The position numbers and the translations under genes were made by a program. A DNA stretch of 64,000 nucleotides from Candidatus Bathyarchaeota archaeon (lineage in GTDB: Archaea; Thermoproteota; Bathyarchaeia; Bathyarchaeales; Bathycorpusculaceae), in contig CAWHXY010000001.1 of assembly GCA_963833575.1 (NCBI GenBank), positions 1-64,000 on the forward strand. Reading direction: 5' to 3'. Below the pieces are notes generated by a model that saw only the letters and a list, made by a program, of their open reading frames with translations, made no database searches and had not been told where the DNA came from. This document shows, piece after piece, positions 19,865 through 29,352 of this stretch. Each line of letters opens with the position of its first letter. Position 1 is the stretch's first letter.

Positions 19865-20356
19865 TTGACTGAGAAAGATAAAAGACGTTTGTTGCTTGAA
19901 AAAGTTATGAAAGAACATAATTATCAAGAAAGCGCTCTTCTTGAAATATTGCATCAAGCCCAAGAAATCTATGGGTATCTAGATAGGGATCTGCTTATGG
20001 ATATTTCCGGCTCTCTAAATCTTCCTCCTAGTCATGTATACGGCGTAACCACTTTCTACAGCTTCTTCAAACTCAAAAAACCAGGCCAACACATAGTGAC
20101 AGGCTGCTTAGGAACTGCCTGCTACGTGAAAGATGTTGAACAAATCATAGAAGCAATCGAGGACAAATTCGACCTTAAACGTGGCGGATCCACCGCAGAT
20201 GGGAAGCTTTCTTTACTTATTACACGCTGCATAGGAGCCTGCGCTATGGCACCTAATATTGTCGTTGATGGCGAAGTGATAGGCAAAGCCACAAAAGAAA
20301 TAGTTATAGAAAAAATAGAAAACGTTCTTGGAGGAGTCAAAACTGAAACTCAGTGA
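19865..20356 (+). CDS. hoxE: Bidirectional hydrogenase diaphorase subunit HoxE (NuoE-like)
   Basis: VYGVTTFYSFF, CLGTAC, RCIGAC 2Fe-2S ligands. Confidence 0.88.
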   Translation: MTEKDKRRLLLEKVMKEHNYQESALLEILHQAQEIYGYLDRDLLMDISGSLNLPPSHVYGVTTFYSFFKLKKPGQHIVTGCLGTACYVKDVEQIIEAIEDKFDLKRGGSTADGKLSLLITRCIGACAMAPNIVVDGEVIGKATKEIVIEKIENVLGGVKTETQ

Positions 20357-21995
20357 TCTTCAAAAAATAACAGAGCAAGAACTTGATTTCCAAAGAGGTT
20401 ACAAATACCGAATTAACGTATGTTGCTCAAGCGGCTGCGTTCCTTTCGGTGCCTTCAAAGTTCTTAAAGCATTCGAGGATGCAGTTAAAGAATTTGGTCT
20501 AGAAAATGAATGCAAAGTTGCACGTACAGGCTGTGTAGGCACCTGTTCGGTTGCTCCAGTAGTGCTAATAGAACCTGGCGATTACCTCTACCAGAGTGTT
20601 ACTCCTGAAAGCGCGCGAGAAATAGTCCGCGATCACATAGTTTTAGGATTACCCGCAAAAGATATGCTCTATAAGAACCAAGCATACTTCCAAAAACAGC
20701 ATCGGCTTGTCCTACGGAACGCAGGAAAAATTGATCCTTCAAGAATTCAAGATTATATTTCTGCAGGTGGCTACTCGGCTTTAGCCAAATGCCTTGCAAC
20801 CATGACACAGCAGGGAGTAATTTATGAGGTTATGGTAAGTGGGCTTAGAGGTCGCGGAGGCGCAGGTTTCCCGACAGGCCAAAAATGGACGCTGGTCTCA
20901 AGAGCGCACAGCGCTCCAAAATATATAGTTGCCAATTTAGATGAAGGAGATCCAGGCGTTTTCGCCAACAGAACTCTGGCAGAAGCTGATCCACACGCCA
21001 TCATTGAAGGCATGCTTATCGCGGCTTATGCCGTCGGTTCAGAGAAAGGTTACATTTACATTAGATCTGAGTATCCATTAGCTATTCAAACGTTACAGAA
21101 GGCTATTTCCCAAGCTAAAGCAATGACATTTCTTGGCGATAACATTTTAGAGACCCCCTTCAAGTTTGATCTTGAACTACGATTCGGGGCAGGCGCATTT
21201 GTAGCTGGAGAAGAAACAGCTATTCTTGCCTCTGTCGAAGGTCGTAGAGCCATGCCTCGTCCGCGCCCTCCATACCCAGCAAACTCTGGATTATGGCAGA
21301 AGCCAACGCTTATACAAAACGTTGAAACCTTAGCAAACATACCGCTCATCATACAAAACGGTGGCTTATGGTTCTCAAAAATAGGCACACCAAAATGTAG
21401 CGGAACCAAATGTTTCTCTTTAACAGGCAAAGTAAACAATCCGGGCTTAATTGAAGTTCCAATGGGAATTACACTCAAAGAAGTAGTGTTTGAAATCGGC
21501 GGCGGAGTTCCAGAGGGAAGAAAATTCAAGTCAGTTCTAGTCGGGGGACCCTCAGGCGGTTGTCTACCTGAAACTTTTCTTGAAATTCCAATAGACTATG
21601 ACTCATTAACAAAAGTCGGAGCAATAATGGGGTCAGGCGGAATTGTAGTGCTCGACGACGAATCATGTATGGTTGACACAGCGAGATTCTTCACTGAGTT
21701 CTGTAATGATGAATCATGCGGCAAATGCACTCCCTGCAGAGCAGGATTAGCCCGAGTTAAAGAAATTTACGATCAAATTACAAGCGGCAACGGAAAAATG
21801 GAAGACATTACTACTTTGGAGAAATCTGGAGTTTTCATAAGAGACGCAAGCCTTTGTGGTCTTGGACAAACAGCTCCAAACCCAGTAATAACCACTCTTC
21901 GATACTTCAAAGATGAATACATAAAACACATCGTCGATAAAAAATGTGAAGCAGGAAAGTGCTTCAACAAAAAGAGGGAGGAAGAACGAAGTTGA
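20328..21995 (+). CDS. hoxF: Diaphorase flavoprotein HoxF (NuoF-like)
   Basis: GLRGRGGAGF, DEGDPG, GEETA, ESCGKCTPCR, SLCGLG; N-terminal 2Fe-2S domain. Confidence 0.9.
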   Translation: MEESKLKLSDLQKITEQELDFQRGYKYRINVCCSSGCVPFGAFKVLKAFEDAVKEFGLENECKVARTGCVGTCSVAPVVLIEPGDYLYQSVTPESAREIVRDHIVLGLPAKDMLYKNQAYFQKQHRLVLRNAGKIDPSRIQDYISAGGYSALAKCLATMTQQGVIYEVMVSGLRGRGGAGFPTGQKWTLVSRAHSAPKYIVANLDEGDPGVFANRTLAEADPHAIIEGMLIAAYAVGSEKGYIYIRSEYPLAIQTLQKAISQAKAMTFLGDNILETPFKFDLELRFGAGAFVAGEETAILASVEGRRAMPRPRPPYPANSGLWQKPTLIQNVETLANIPLIIQNGGLWFSKIGTPKCSGTKCFSLTGKVNNPGLIEVPMGITLKEVVFEIGGGVPEGRKFKSVLVGGPSGGCLPETFLEIPIDYDSLTKVGAIMGSGGIVVLDDESCMVDTARFFTEFCNDESCGKCTPCRAGLARVKEIYDQITSGNGKMEDITTLEKSGVFIRDASLCGLGQTAPNPVITTLRYFKDEYIKHIVDKKCEAGKCFNKKREEERS

Positions 21996-22699
21996 GCTTA
22001 TCAACTGTTAAGCTTACCATTGATGGCGTTGAAATAACCGTTCCTGAAGGCACAACTATTCTGGAAGCTGCCAAGGACAACGGCATAATAATACCTACAT
22101 TATGTAATCTTGAAGGCTTAACTGCTTATGGGGGCTGTCGCCTTTGTCTCGTGGAAGTTAGCGGTTCACCAAAACTTTTCCCCGCTTGCACTACACCCGT
22201 AGGTCCAAATATAGAAGTTACAACCAATTCAGACAGACTTAAAGACTATCGTAAAATGGTTGTCCAGATGCTTCTTGCCGAGCGAACTCACATATGCTCA
22301 GTTTGTGTAGCCAACGACCATTGCGAACTCCAAGCTATGGCAAACCAACTCGGAGTGGACCATGTCATGTTCGAGCGAAACTGGAGCAGGGACCCAATTG
22401 ATTCCACTCATGACTTCTTAGTAATTGACCGCAACCGATGTATTTTGTGTACTCGATGCATACGTGTCTGCGACCAAATTGAAGGGGTTCATACACTGGA
22501 CCTCAAACTAAGGGGAAAAGATACTCAAGTGATAATGGATCTTGATGAGAACTGGGCTAATTCTTGTTCTTGCACTTCATGCCGCAAATGCGCTAAAGTT
22601 TGCCCTGTAGGCGCAATATATATTGAGGGAGAGCAAATCGCACAAACAAAACGTAAAGATATAGCTGAGTTTATCTTGACAAGGAGGAACCGCAAATGA
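21992..22699 (+). CDS. hoxU: Diaphorase Fe-S subunit HoxU
   Basis: IPTLC..GGCRLC, HICSVC..CELQ, CILCTRC, CTSCRKC; TTG 21992 overlaps the hoxF stop. Confidence 0.9.
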   Translation: MSLSTVKLTIDGVEITVPEGTTILEAAKDNGIIIPTLCNLEGLTAYGGCRLCLVEVSGSPKLFPACTTPVGPNIEVTTNSDRLKDYRKMVVQMLLAERTHICSVCVANDHCELQAMANQLGVDHVMFERNWSRDPIDSTHDFLVIDRNRCILCTRCIRVCDQIEGVHTLDLKLRGKDTQVIMDLDENWANSCSCTSCRKCAKVCPVGAIYIEGEQIAQTKRKDIAEFILTRRNRK

Positions 22700-23232
22700 C
22701 AGAAAAAGTTAGAGTCGCCACAATTTGGCTTAGCGGCTGCTCAGGTTGCCACATGTCATTTCTAGATCAAGATGAACGTCTTGTTGATTTATCGCAGAAA
22801 ATTCAGTTGGTTTATAGCCCAATCATGGACATTAAAAAGTTCCCAGAAAACGTCGATGTAACCTTAGTCGAGGGTGCCGTAGCCAACGAGGAACAGCTAA
22901 CTACGCTTAAAAATGCAAGAACAAATACGAAAATCTTGATTTCGCTTGGTGACTGCGCTGTAACAGGAAACGTCACCGCACTGCGCAATGCTTGGCCTCA
23001 TAGTGACAAAGAAATCTTAAATAGAGCTTACCTAGACGAATCTGACTTAAACCCTCAGCTACCAGACCAAATGCCTAAACTGCTGCTAAAAGCTCACCCG
23101 CTTCACGAAGCAGTTAACGTTGACTTTTTCATTCCCGGTTGTCCACCCCACGCCGATCTGATTAACTATGTGTTAACTGAGTTATTGGCCGGCAGAACGC
23201 CAAAGATGGAAGGTAGATCAAAATATGGTTAA
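22696..23232 (+). CDS. hoxY: Group 3d NiFe hydrogenase small subunit HoxY
   Basis: WLSGCSGCHMSFLD, GDCAVTG, PGCPP; short single-cluster form. Confidence 0.92.
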   Translation: MTEKVRVATIWLSGCSGCHMSFLDQDERLVDLSQKIQLVYSPIMDIKKFPENVDVTLVEGAVANEEQLTTLKNARTNTKILISLGDCAVTGNVTALRNAWPHSDKEILNRAYLDESDLNPQLPDQMPKLLLKAHPLHEAVNVDFFIPGCPPHADLINYVLTELLAGRTPKMEGRSKYG

Positions 23233-24667
23233 TGAACAAAAAAGTAAACAAATCGTAATTGCCCCAATTACAAGGATTGAGGGACATGCACAAGTAACTA
23301 TTTTCTTAAAAGACGACGATACGGTGAGAGAGGCACGATTCCAAGTTACTGACTTTAGAGGTTTCGAGAAATTCACTGAAGGCAGACCATTCTATGAGAT
23401 GCCAAGTATCACTTCAAGATCCTGCGGAATCTGTCCAGTTAGTCACCTGCTTGCTTCAGCCAAAGCCTGCGACGCTATCGTCGGCGTTAACCCGCCAAAA
23501 ACGGCTATAATGCTAAGGCGCTTAATGCATATGGGGCAACTAATCCAATCACACGCCTTGAACTTCTTTCACCTCTCATCACCCGATCTATTGTTAGGCT
23601 TTGATTCAGATCCAGGGCAAAGAAACATTTTCGGCTTAATTGAAAAACAGCCAGAACTAGCCATGCGAGGCATCAAACTTCGAAAGTTCGGTCAGGAACT
23701 TATAGAAAAAATAGCTGGTAAACGAATACATTCAAGCGACTGGATACTGCCCGGAGGAGCAAAATGGCCACTCACGCAAGAAAGAGCCGACTACCTCTGC
23801 GCCAATCTACCTGAAGCTTTAGCGAGTACGCAAGAGACGTTGGTGATGTACAAGAAGATGCTGGACGGGTTTGAAGAAGAAGTTGGAAACTTCGGTAACT
23901 TCCCAACTTATTATATGGGTTTAGTTACAGCTGACGGAGGACTTGAACACTACGACGGAAAAATTCGCATAATGGACAAGAACGGCAAAACGGCTGCTGA
24001 ATGCGTTGATCCAAAAAAATATAACGAATTTATTTGCGAAGCCGTTGAACCATGGTCTTTCATGAAGTTTCCATACTTCAAAACCGTTGGTTACCCAGAT
24101 GGAGCCTACAGAGTTGGACCCTTGGCAAGATTAAATGTTGCTTCGCATTGTGATACACCTCTGGCTGACCAAGAACTCAAGGAATTCAAGAAACTAGGCC
24201 AGAATGGCGTTGTGCAAAGCACATTCCACTACCATTACGCTCGCTTAATTGAGATGCTTTTCTGCCTTGAAACCGCCAAAAACCTGCTTGAAGACCCAGA
24301 AATTCTCTCTGAACACGTCACATCAAAAGCGTTAGTTAACAACTATGAAGGCGTCGGGGTAGCTGAAGCCCCAAGAGGGACCCTGATCCACCACTACAAA
24401 GTTGACCAACAAGGAATAATCACACGGAACAACATGATAATCGCCACAGAACACAACAACATCGCCTACAACATGGCAGTAACACAAGTAGCCAAAAAAT
24501 ATGTTAAAGCACAACAGCTCCAAGAAGGCATGCTGAACCGCGTAGAAGCAGTAATCCGAGCATTCGACCCATGCTTAAGTTGCGCAACTCATGCCGTTGG
24601 CAAAATGCCTTTAGAAATAAAATTAATCAATGCAGATGGTAAACTCGTTGACCGCAAAATAAGGTAA
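23225..24667 (+). CDS. hoxH: Group 3d NiFe hydrogenase large subunit HoxH
   Basis: TRIEGH, L1 RSCGICPVSH, L2 FDPCLSCATH plus cleavable C-terminal tail. Confidence 0.92.
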   Translation: MVNEQKSKQIVIAPITRIEGHAQVTIFLKDDDTVREARFQVTDFRGFEKFTEGRPFYEMPSITSRSCGICPVSHLLASAKACDAIVGVNPPKTAIMLRRLMHMGQLIQSHALNFFHLSSPDLLLGFDSDPGQRNIFGLIEKQPELAMRGIKLRKFGQELIEKIAGKRIHSSDWILPGGAKWPLTQERADYLCANLPEALASTQETLVMYKKMLDGFEEEVGNFGNFPTYYMGLVTADGGLEHYDGKIRIMDKNGKTAAECVDPKKYNEFICEAVEPWSFMKFPYFKTVGYPDGAYRVGPLARLNVASHCDTPLADQELKEFKKLGQNGVVQSTFHYHYARLIEMLFCLETAKNLLEDPEILSEHVTSKALVNNYEGVGVAEAPRGTLIHHYKVDQQGIITRNNMIIATEHNNIAYNMAVTQVAKKYVKAQQLQEGMLNRVEAVIRAFDPCLSCATHAVGKMPLEIKLINADGKLVDRKIR

Positions 24668-24763
24668 ATCTATTTTTTATTGTTTCAAATATTTTTATAT
24701 CTGCTTTCATCAGCCAGTGCTTTAAATCAAGTTTTCTTACAAAAAATATTTTTGCTTTCCATA

Positions 24764-24779
24764 ATTTTCATATGAAAAT
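24764..24779. promoter_or_regulatory. Perfect 16-bp palindrome ATTTTCATATGAAAAT upstream of hdrC; putative operator
   Basis: Self-complementary; lies ~25 bp before a TATA-like TTTAAG. Confidence 0.4.
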
Positions 24780-24894
24780 GTCACATCCGATATGGCAGAA
24801 TCATTTAAGCCTTGACTGAACCTTTATGTATTTGTCTTTGGAATTTGGAGTAAATAAGCACGTATGGTGCTACCTATCTGTCAAAGTGAACCTA

Positions 24895-25452
24895 TTGACT
24901 GAGACAGCAACAACTCCATCAGGCAAAGAGCCGATAAAAGCTTCTGAGCTAGACCCAAAATTCAAGTATGAACTCCAGAAAATGCACGGAAGCGAAAAAA
25001 TTCTTAAATGTTTTCAGTGCGGAACATGCACATCAGACTGCCCAGTTGCAAGGTACAGCGACAGTTATCGTCCGAGAACATTGATTCATATGGCTCAACT
25101 TGGCCTTCGAGATCGAGTGCTAAAAAGCGAAACTTTATGGTTATGCGCAGCCTGTTTTACATGCACTGATCGATGTCCACAAGACGTTGAAGTAGCAAGT
25201 GTTATTCGTGTATTTCGCAATTTAGCGATCGAAAATGGCTGTGTACCTCAAGTCTTTAAAGAACAAACTGCATCCTTACTTGAATCAGGGTACGCTTACA
25301 AAATTCCTGAGTTAAGAATTAAAAAACGTGAATCCCAATGTTTGCCACCGCTGCCAAAAGGCAATGCGGAAAATGTCCGAAAAGTCCTCAAAGGTGTAAA
25401 ATTCGTCGAAGCTGTCCAGAAACCAGCGGGAGGCCAACCAAGTGGGCAATAA
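24895..25452 (+). CDS. hdrC: Heterodisulfide reductase subunit C
   Basis: CFQCGTCTSDCP and LWLCAACFTCTDRCPQ; start uncertain (TTG 24895 or ATG 24826). Confidence 0.9.
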   Translation: MTETATTPSGKEPIKASELDPKFKYELQKMHGSEKILKCFQCGTCTSDCPVARYSDSYRPRTLIHMAQLGLRDRVLKSETLWLCAACFTCTDRCPQDVEVASVIRVFRNLAIENGCVPQVFKEQTASLLESGYAYKIPELRIKKRESQCLPPLPKGNAENVRKVLKGVKFVEAVQKPAGGQPSGQ

Positions 25453-26335
25453 GTATCTTATTTTTCTCGGGTGTGCAATCCCCTATCGTGTTTCAGCTTA
25501 CGAGATTTCTGCTCGCAAAGTCCTCGCTAAGTTAGGTGTTGAACTGGTTGAAATGCCAGAATTCAACTGTTGCGGTTTACCGTTAGATCCAGTAAGCCAT
25601 GAAACTATGCTTATTTTAGCAGCAAAAAACTTGGCAATGGCTGAACAAACGGGACTAAACATTCTTACGCTTTGTCCGGGCTGTGCTGGCACAATCAAGA
25701 AAGTCAACAAAATTCTGAAAGAGGACAAGGCACTTAAAGAGCAAATTAATGGGCACTTAAAAGAAGTAGGATTGGAATTCAAAGGAACCTTAGAAACAAA
25801 ACATCTCCTTCAACTGCTCAAAGAGGATGTTGGGGTAGAAAAAATCAAAGCATCTGTCGTTAAACCTCTCAATATGCTTAAAGTCGCTGAACACAATGGT
25901 TGCCACATTCTTAGACCGAAAGAGTTTATTGGTTTTGATGATCCTGAAGATCCGCAAACATTAAAAATGCTGATTGAAGCTACAGGCGCTACATGCTTAG
26001 ATTACATCGATGAAACAGAATGCTGCGGAGCGCCAAGCGTCGGAGTAAGCGACAAAATTGCCCTGCAACTTGCAAGAGACAAGTTAAATCACGTAAAAAT
26101 GGTTGAAGCGCAAGCATTAATTACAATTTGTCCATTTTGCCACATAATGTATGATACAAACGAGTTGCGAATAGAGAAAATGTTTAAAGAAGCATATGGT
26201 ATTCCAATTCTCCATTACCCACAGCTACTCGGGTTAGCAATGGGCTTAACACCTGAAGAATTAGCCTTCAACGAACTGCGTGTAAACGCATCAAAAATAC
26301 TGGAACTAGTAAATAAGGAAGTAAACAAGCAATGA
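25442..26335 (+). CDS. hdrB: Heterodisulfide reductase subunit B
   Basis: Two CCG domains: FLGC..NCCG..CPGC and HNGCH..ECCG..CPFC. Confidence 0.93.
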   Translation: MGNKYLIFLGCAIPYRVSAYEISARKVLAKLGVELVEMPEFNCCGLPLDPVSHETMLILAAKNLAMAEQTGLNILTLCPGCAGTIKKVNKILKEDKALKEQINGHLKEVGLEFKGTLETKHLLQLLKEDVGVEKIKASVVKPLNMLKVAEHNGCHILRPKEFIGFDDPEDPQTLKMLIEATGATCLDYIDETECCGAPSVGVSDKIALQLARDKLNHVKMVEAQALITICPFCHIMYDTNELRIEKMFKEAYGIPILHYPQLLGLAMGLTPEELAFNELRVNASKILELVNKEVNKQ

Positions 26336-27318
26336 GCGACAAATTAAAAATAGCCTTTTACTGGGCTGCAAGCTGCGGCGGCTGCGAAATAGCCGTCCTA
26401 GACTTAAACGAAAAAATCCTTGACGTAGTGGCATTAGCCGACATTGTTTTCTGGCCAGTAGCCATAGACATCAAATACAAAGATGTCGAAGCAATGCCAG
26501 ACAAATCCATAGATATTACATTCTTCAATGGATCAATCCGCAACTCAGAACAGGAACATATGGCAAAGGTGCTCAGAGAAAAATCCAAAACCCTTGTTGC
26601 TTTCGGTTCATGCGCTCACCAAGGAAGCGTACCCGGATTAGCAAACCTAAACGACAAAAAAGAAATTTTCGATCAAGTATACATGAAAGACTTATCCAAC
26701 GTAAATCCAAAATCAACCACCCCTCAAACTCAAACCAAAGTCAAAGAAGGCACCCTCAACATCCCCGAATTCTACGACACAGTAAAAACTCTGGCACAAA
26801 CAGTAGATGTAGACTATTATCTTCCAGGTTGCCCACCACCAGTCAAACTAATCGCCGCTGCAGTTGAAGCGATAAAGTGCAACAAACTTCCACCAAAAGG
26901 ATCGGTACTTGCACCGCTCAAAGCAGTATGCGACGAATGCCCAAGAAAACGAGAAAACAAAAAAATCGGCAAAATCTACCGAGTTTATGATAAAACACCA
27001 GAACCAGAAAAATGTCTTCTAGAACAAGGCATTCTCTGTCTCGGTCTCGCAACCAGAAGCGGCTGCGGTGCTCAATGCTTAAATGTTGACATGCCATGCA
27101 CAGGTTGCGGTGGACCAGCTCCAAACGTTCCAGATCAAGGAGCAGCAATGATGTCTGCTTTAGCTTCAATTCTCGGATACGATGGAGAACCAGGAAAAAC
27201 CAAATATACAGAGAAAGAGATTGAAGAATTATTGAGCCAAGTGAAAGATCCAGTTGGCACATTCTTCATGTATAGTTTACCCGCATCGATTCTTAAAAGA
27301 AAGGTGATTAAAAAATGA
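26332..27318 (+). CDS. mvhG: F420-non-reducing (group 3c) hydrogenase small subunit
   Basis: AASCGGCE, FGSCA, PGCPP, VCDEC, CLLEQGILCLG, PCTGC. Confidence 0.9.
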   Translation: MSDKLKIAFYWAASCGGCEIAVLDLNEKILDVVALADIVFWPVAIDIKYKDVEAMPDKSIDITFFNGSIRNSEQEHMAKVLREKSKTLVAFGSCAHQGSVPGLANLNDKKEIFDQVYMKDLSNVNPKSTTPQTQTKVKEGTLNIPEFYDTVKTLAQTVDVDYYLPGCPPPVKLIAAAVEAIKCNKLPPKGSVLAPLKAVCDECPRKRENKKIGKIYRVYDKTPEPEKCLLEQGILCLGLATRSGCGAQCLNVDMPCTGCGGPAPNVPDQGAAMMSALASILGYDGEPGKTKYTEKEIEELLSQVKDPVGTFFMYSLPASILKRKVIKK

Positions 27319-28769
27319 AAGAAATAATCATAGATCCTATCACCCGTCTTGAAGGACATGGAAACGTATCCATATTCCTCAATGACAAAGGTGATGTAGA
27401 AAACGCCTATCTTAAAATTCCAGAATTAAGAGGGTTCGAGAAATTCTGCATTGGCAGAAAAGCTGAACTCATGCCTCAACTCACTTCCAGAATCTGTGGC
27501 GTCTGCCCAGTTGCACACCATTTTGCGGCAACAAAAGCTTTAGACGCAGCATTCAACGTTGAACCACCATCAGCTGCTAAGAAACTGCGCGAACTAATGT
27601 ACAGTGCTTACTACATTTACGATCACACATTACACTTTTACTATCTTGGCGGACCAGACTTCATAGTTGGGCCCGATGCTCCACCAGAAAAACGAAACAT
27701 ACTCGGAGTAATAGAAAAAGCCGGTATGCCAGTTGCAAAGGAAGTCATAAAACACAGAGCTTACGGACAAAGAATAACCGAAATCATCGGCGGAAAAGCA
27801 ACCCACCCAGTCTGCGGACTACCGGGCGGAATGTCAAAAGCATTAACTGAACCTAACAGGCAAGAAATCGAGACAATGGCTGCCTCATGCGTAAACTTCG
27901 CCCAGTTCACACTTAAACTCTTCCATGATATCGTCTTAGGCAACACCCAATATGTTGACATGATTAAGAGCCAAGCCTACACCATGCCAACTTATTACAT
28001 GGGGACAGTTGATCAAAACAACAAAGTTAACTTCTATGACGGTAAAATCCGTGTTGTAGATCCAACTGGCAATGAATTCCTCAAATTCGAATCAAAAGAT
28101 TACCTGCAGCATATCGGTGAACATGTTGAAGAATGGACATATAGCAAATTCCCATACCTTAAAGCAATTGGCTGGAAAGGACAAGTTTCAGGCGCGGACA
28201 GCGGTGTCTACCGAGTTGGTCCACTTGCAAGGTTAAATGCATCGGACGGTATGGCAACACCCCTTGCACAAGCAGAATATGAAGTCATGTACAAGACTCT
28301 CGGCGGCAAACCAGTCCACAGCACTTTAGCCTATCACTGGGCACGCCTAATTGAATTACTCTATGCAACAGAAAGAGCAATGGAGTTAGTCAAAGACCCA
28401 GAAATTACAAGCACAAACATCCGCAATAAACCAGGCGAACCAACCGAAGGCGTCGGCATCACAGAAGCAGCAAGAGGCACACTCATCCACCACTACAAAT
28501 TAGACAAAGACGCCCTAATCAAAGACGTAAACCTAATCGTCGCCACAACAAACAATTACCCAGCTATTTGCATGAGCATACGCGACGCAGCCAAAGGCTT
28601 AATACACGACGGCAAAGTTGACCAAGGCATATTAAACAAAGTCGAAATGGGTTTCCGAGCCTACGACCCCTGCTTCGGATGCGCAACACACGCAGCAGTT
28701 GGACAAATGCCACTCACCGTCGAAGTCTACAACTCTCAAAAACAATTAGTCAGCTCAGTATCTCGCTAA
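27315..28769 (+). CDS. mvhA: F420-non-reducing (group 3c) hydrogenase large subunit
   Basis: TRLEGHG, L1 RICGVCPVAH, L2 YDPCFGCATH plus tail. Confidence 0.9.
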   Translation: MKEIIIDPITRLEGHGNVSIFLNDKGDVENAYLKIPELRGFEKFCIGRKAELMPQLTSRICGVCPVAHHFAATKALDAAFNVEPPSAAKKLRELMYSAYYIYDHTLHFYYLGGPDFIVGPDAPPEKRNILGVIEKAGMPVAKEVIKHRAYGQRITEIIGGKATHPVCGLPGGMSKALTEPNRQEIETMAASCVNFAQFTLKLFHDIVLGNTQYVDMIKSQAYTMPTYYMGTVDQNNKVNFYDGKIRVVDPTGNEFLKFESKDYLQHIGEHVEEWTYSKFPYLKAIGWKGQVSGADSGVYRVGPLARLNASDGMATPLAQAEYEVMYKTLGGKPVHSTLAYHWARLIELLYATERAMELVKDPEITSTNIRNKPGEPTEGVGITEAARGTLIHHYKLDKDALIKDVNLIVATTNNYPAICMSIRDAAKGLIHDGKVDQGILNKVEMGFRAYDPCFGCATHAAVGQMPLTVEVYNSQKQLVSSVSR

Positions 28770-28887
28770 GCTAACCCATTTTTTAGGAAATTTCTCTTTT
28801 TCAATTTATTCTACAAAACCCCTAACGTTTTAGGGTAAACTCTTATCTTAACACACCGCCCTATTGTTTTGTTAGCTGAGATTTGAC

Positions 28888-29247
28888 ATGCAACCGCAAC
28901 CACCTAATCCAGAACATAAAAGAATGAAACGAGAGAAAAAAACAATAGGCTATATGGTTGACATATATTGCAAAGGACACCACGACACTCAGGGTGAACT
29001 CTGTTCTGAATGCAAAGAATTCAAAGAATACGCATTCATGCGTCTTGACAAATGTCCATTTCAAGACAAGAAGAGCACGTGCGGGAAATGCGTTATACAC
29101 TGCTACAGACCAGACATGAAAGAAAAAGTGAAAAAAGTTATGCGTTATTCGGGTCCACGGATGCTTCTGCCTCACCCAACTCTAGCGTTGCATCACGCTT
29201 GGGATAGCCACAGGAAGGCACCTAAGCTGGCCAAGAAAACAAACTAA
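28888..29247 (+). CDS. YgbA / nitrous-oxide-stimulated-promoter family Cys-rich protein
   Basis: REKKTI..IYC..H..LC.EC..RLDKCP..C..C..HCY..VMRYSGPRM. Confidence 0.85.
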   Translation: MQPQPPNPEHKRMKREKKTIGYMVDIYCKGHHDTQGELCSECKEFKEYAFMRLDKCPFQDKKSTCGKCVIHCYRPDMKEKVKKVMRYSGPRMLLPHPTLALHHAWDSHRKAPKLAKKTN

Positions 29248-29352
29248 TTAATTCTGCCGCAAAGCTCCGTTGAATGCAATTTTTTTGAATAGACTTTGCT
29301 GTGACAAGCTTTTTCTGTCCTCGAGGCTTATTTTCTAATTATTGGTGCTTCC

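Noticed and set aside
24895-28769. hdr/mvh as evidence of methanogenesis
   Set aside because: No mcr or mtr in the window; Hdr/Mvh are common in non-methanogens
23225-28769. Selenocysteine recoding in hydrogenase or Hdr subunits
   Set aside because: All ligand positions are Cys codons; no in-frame TGA
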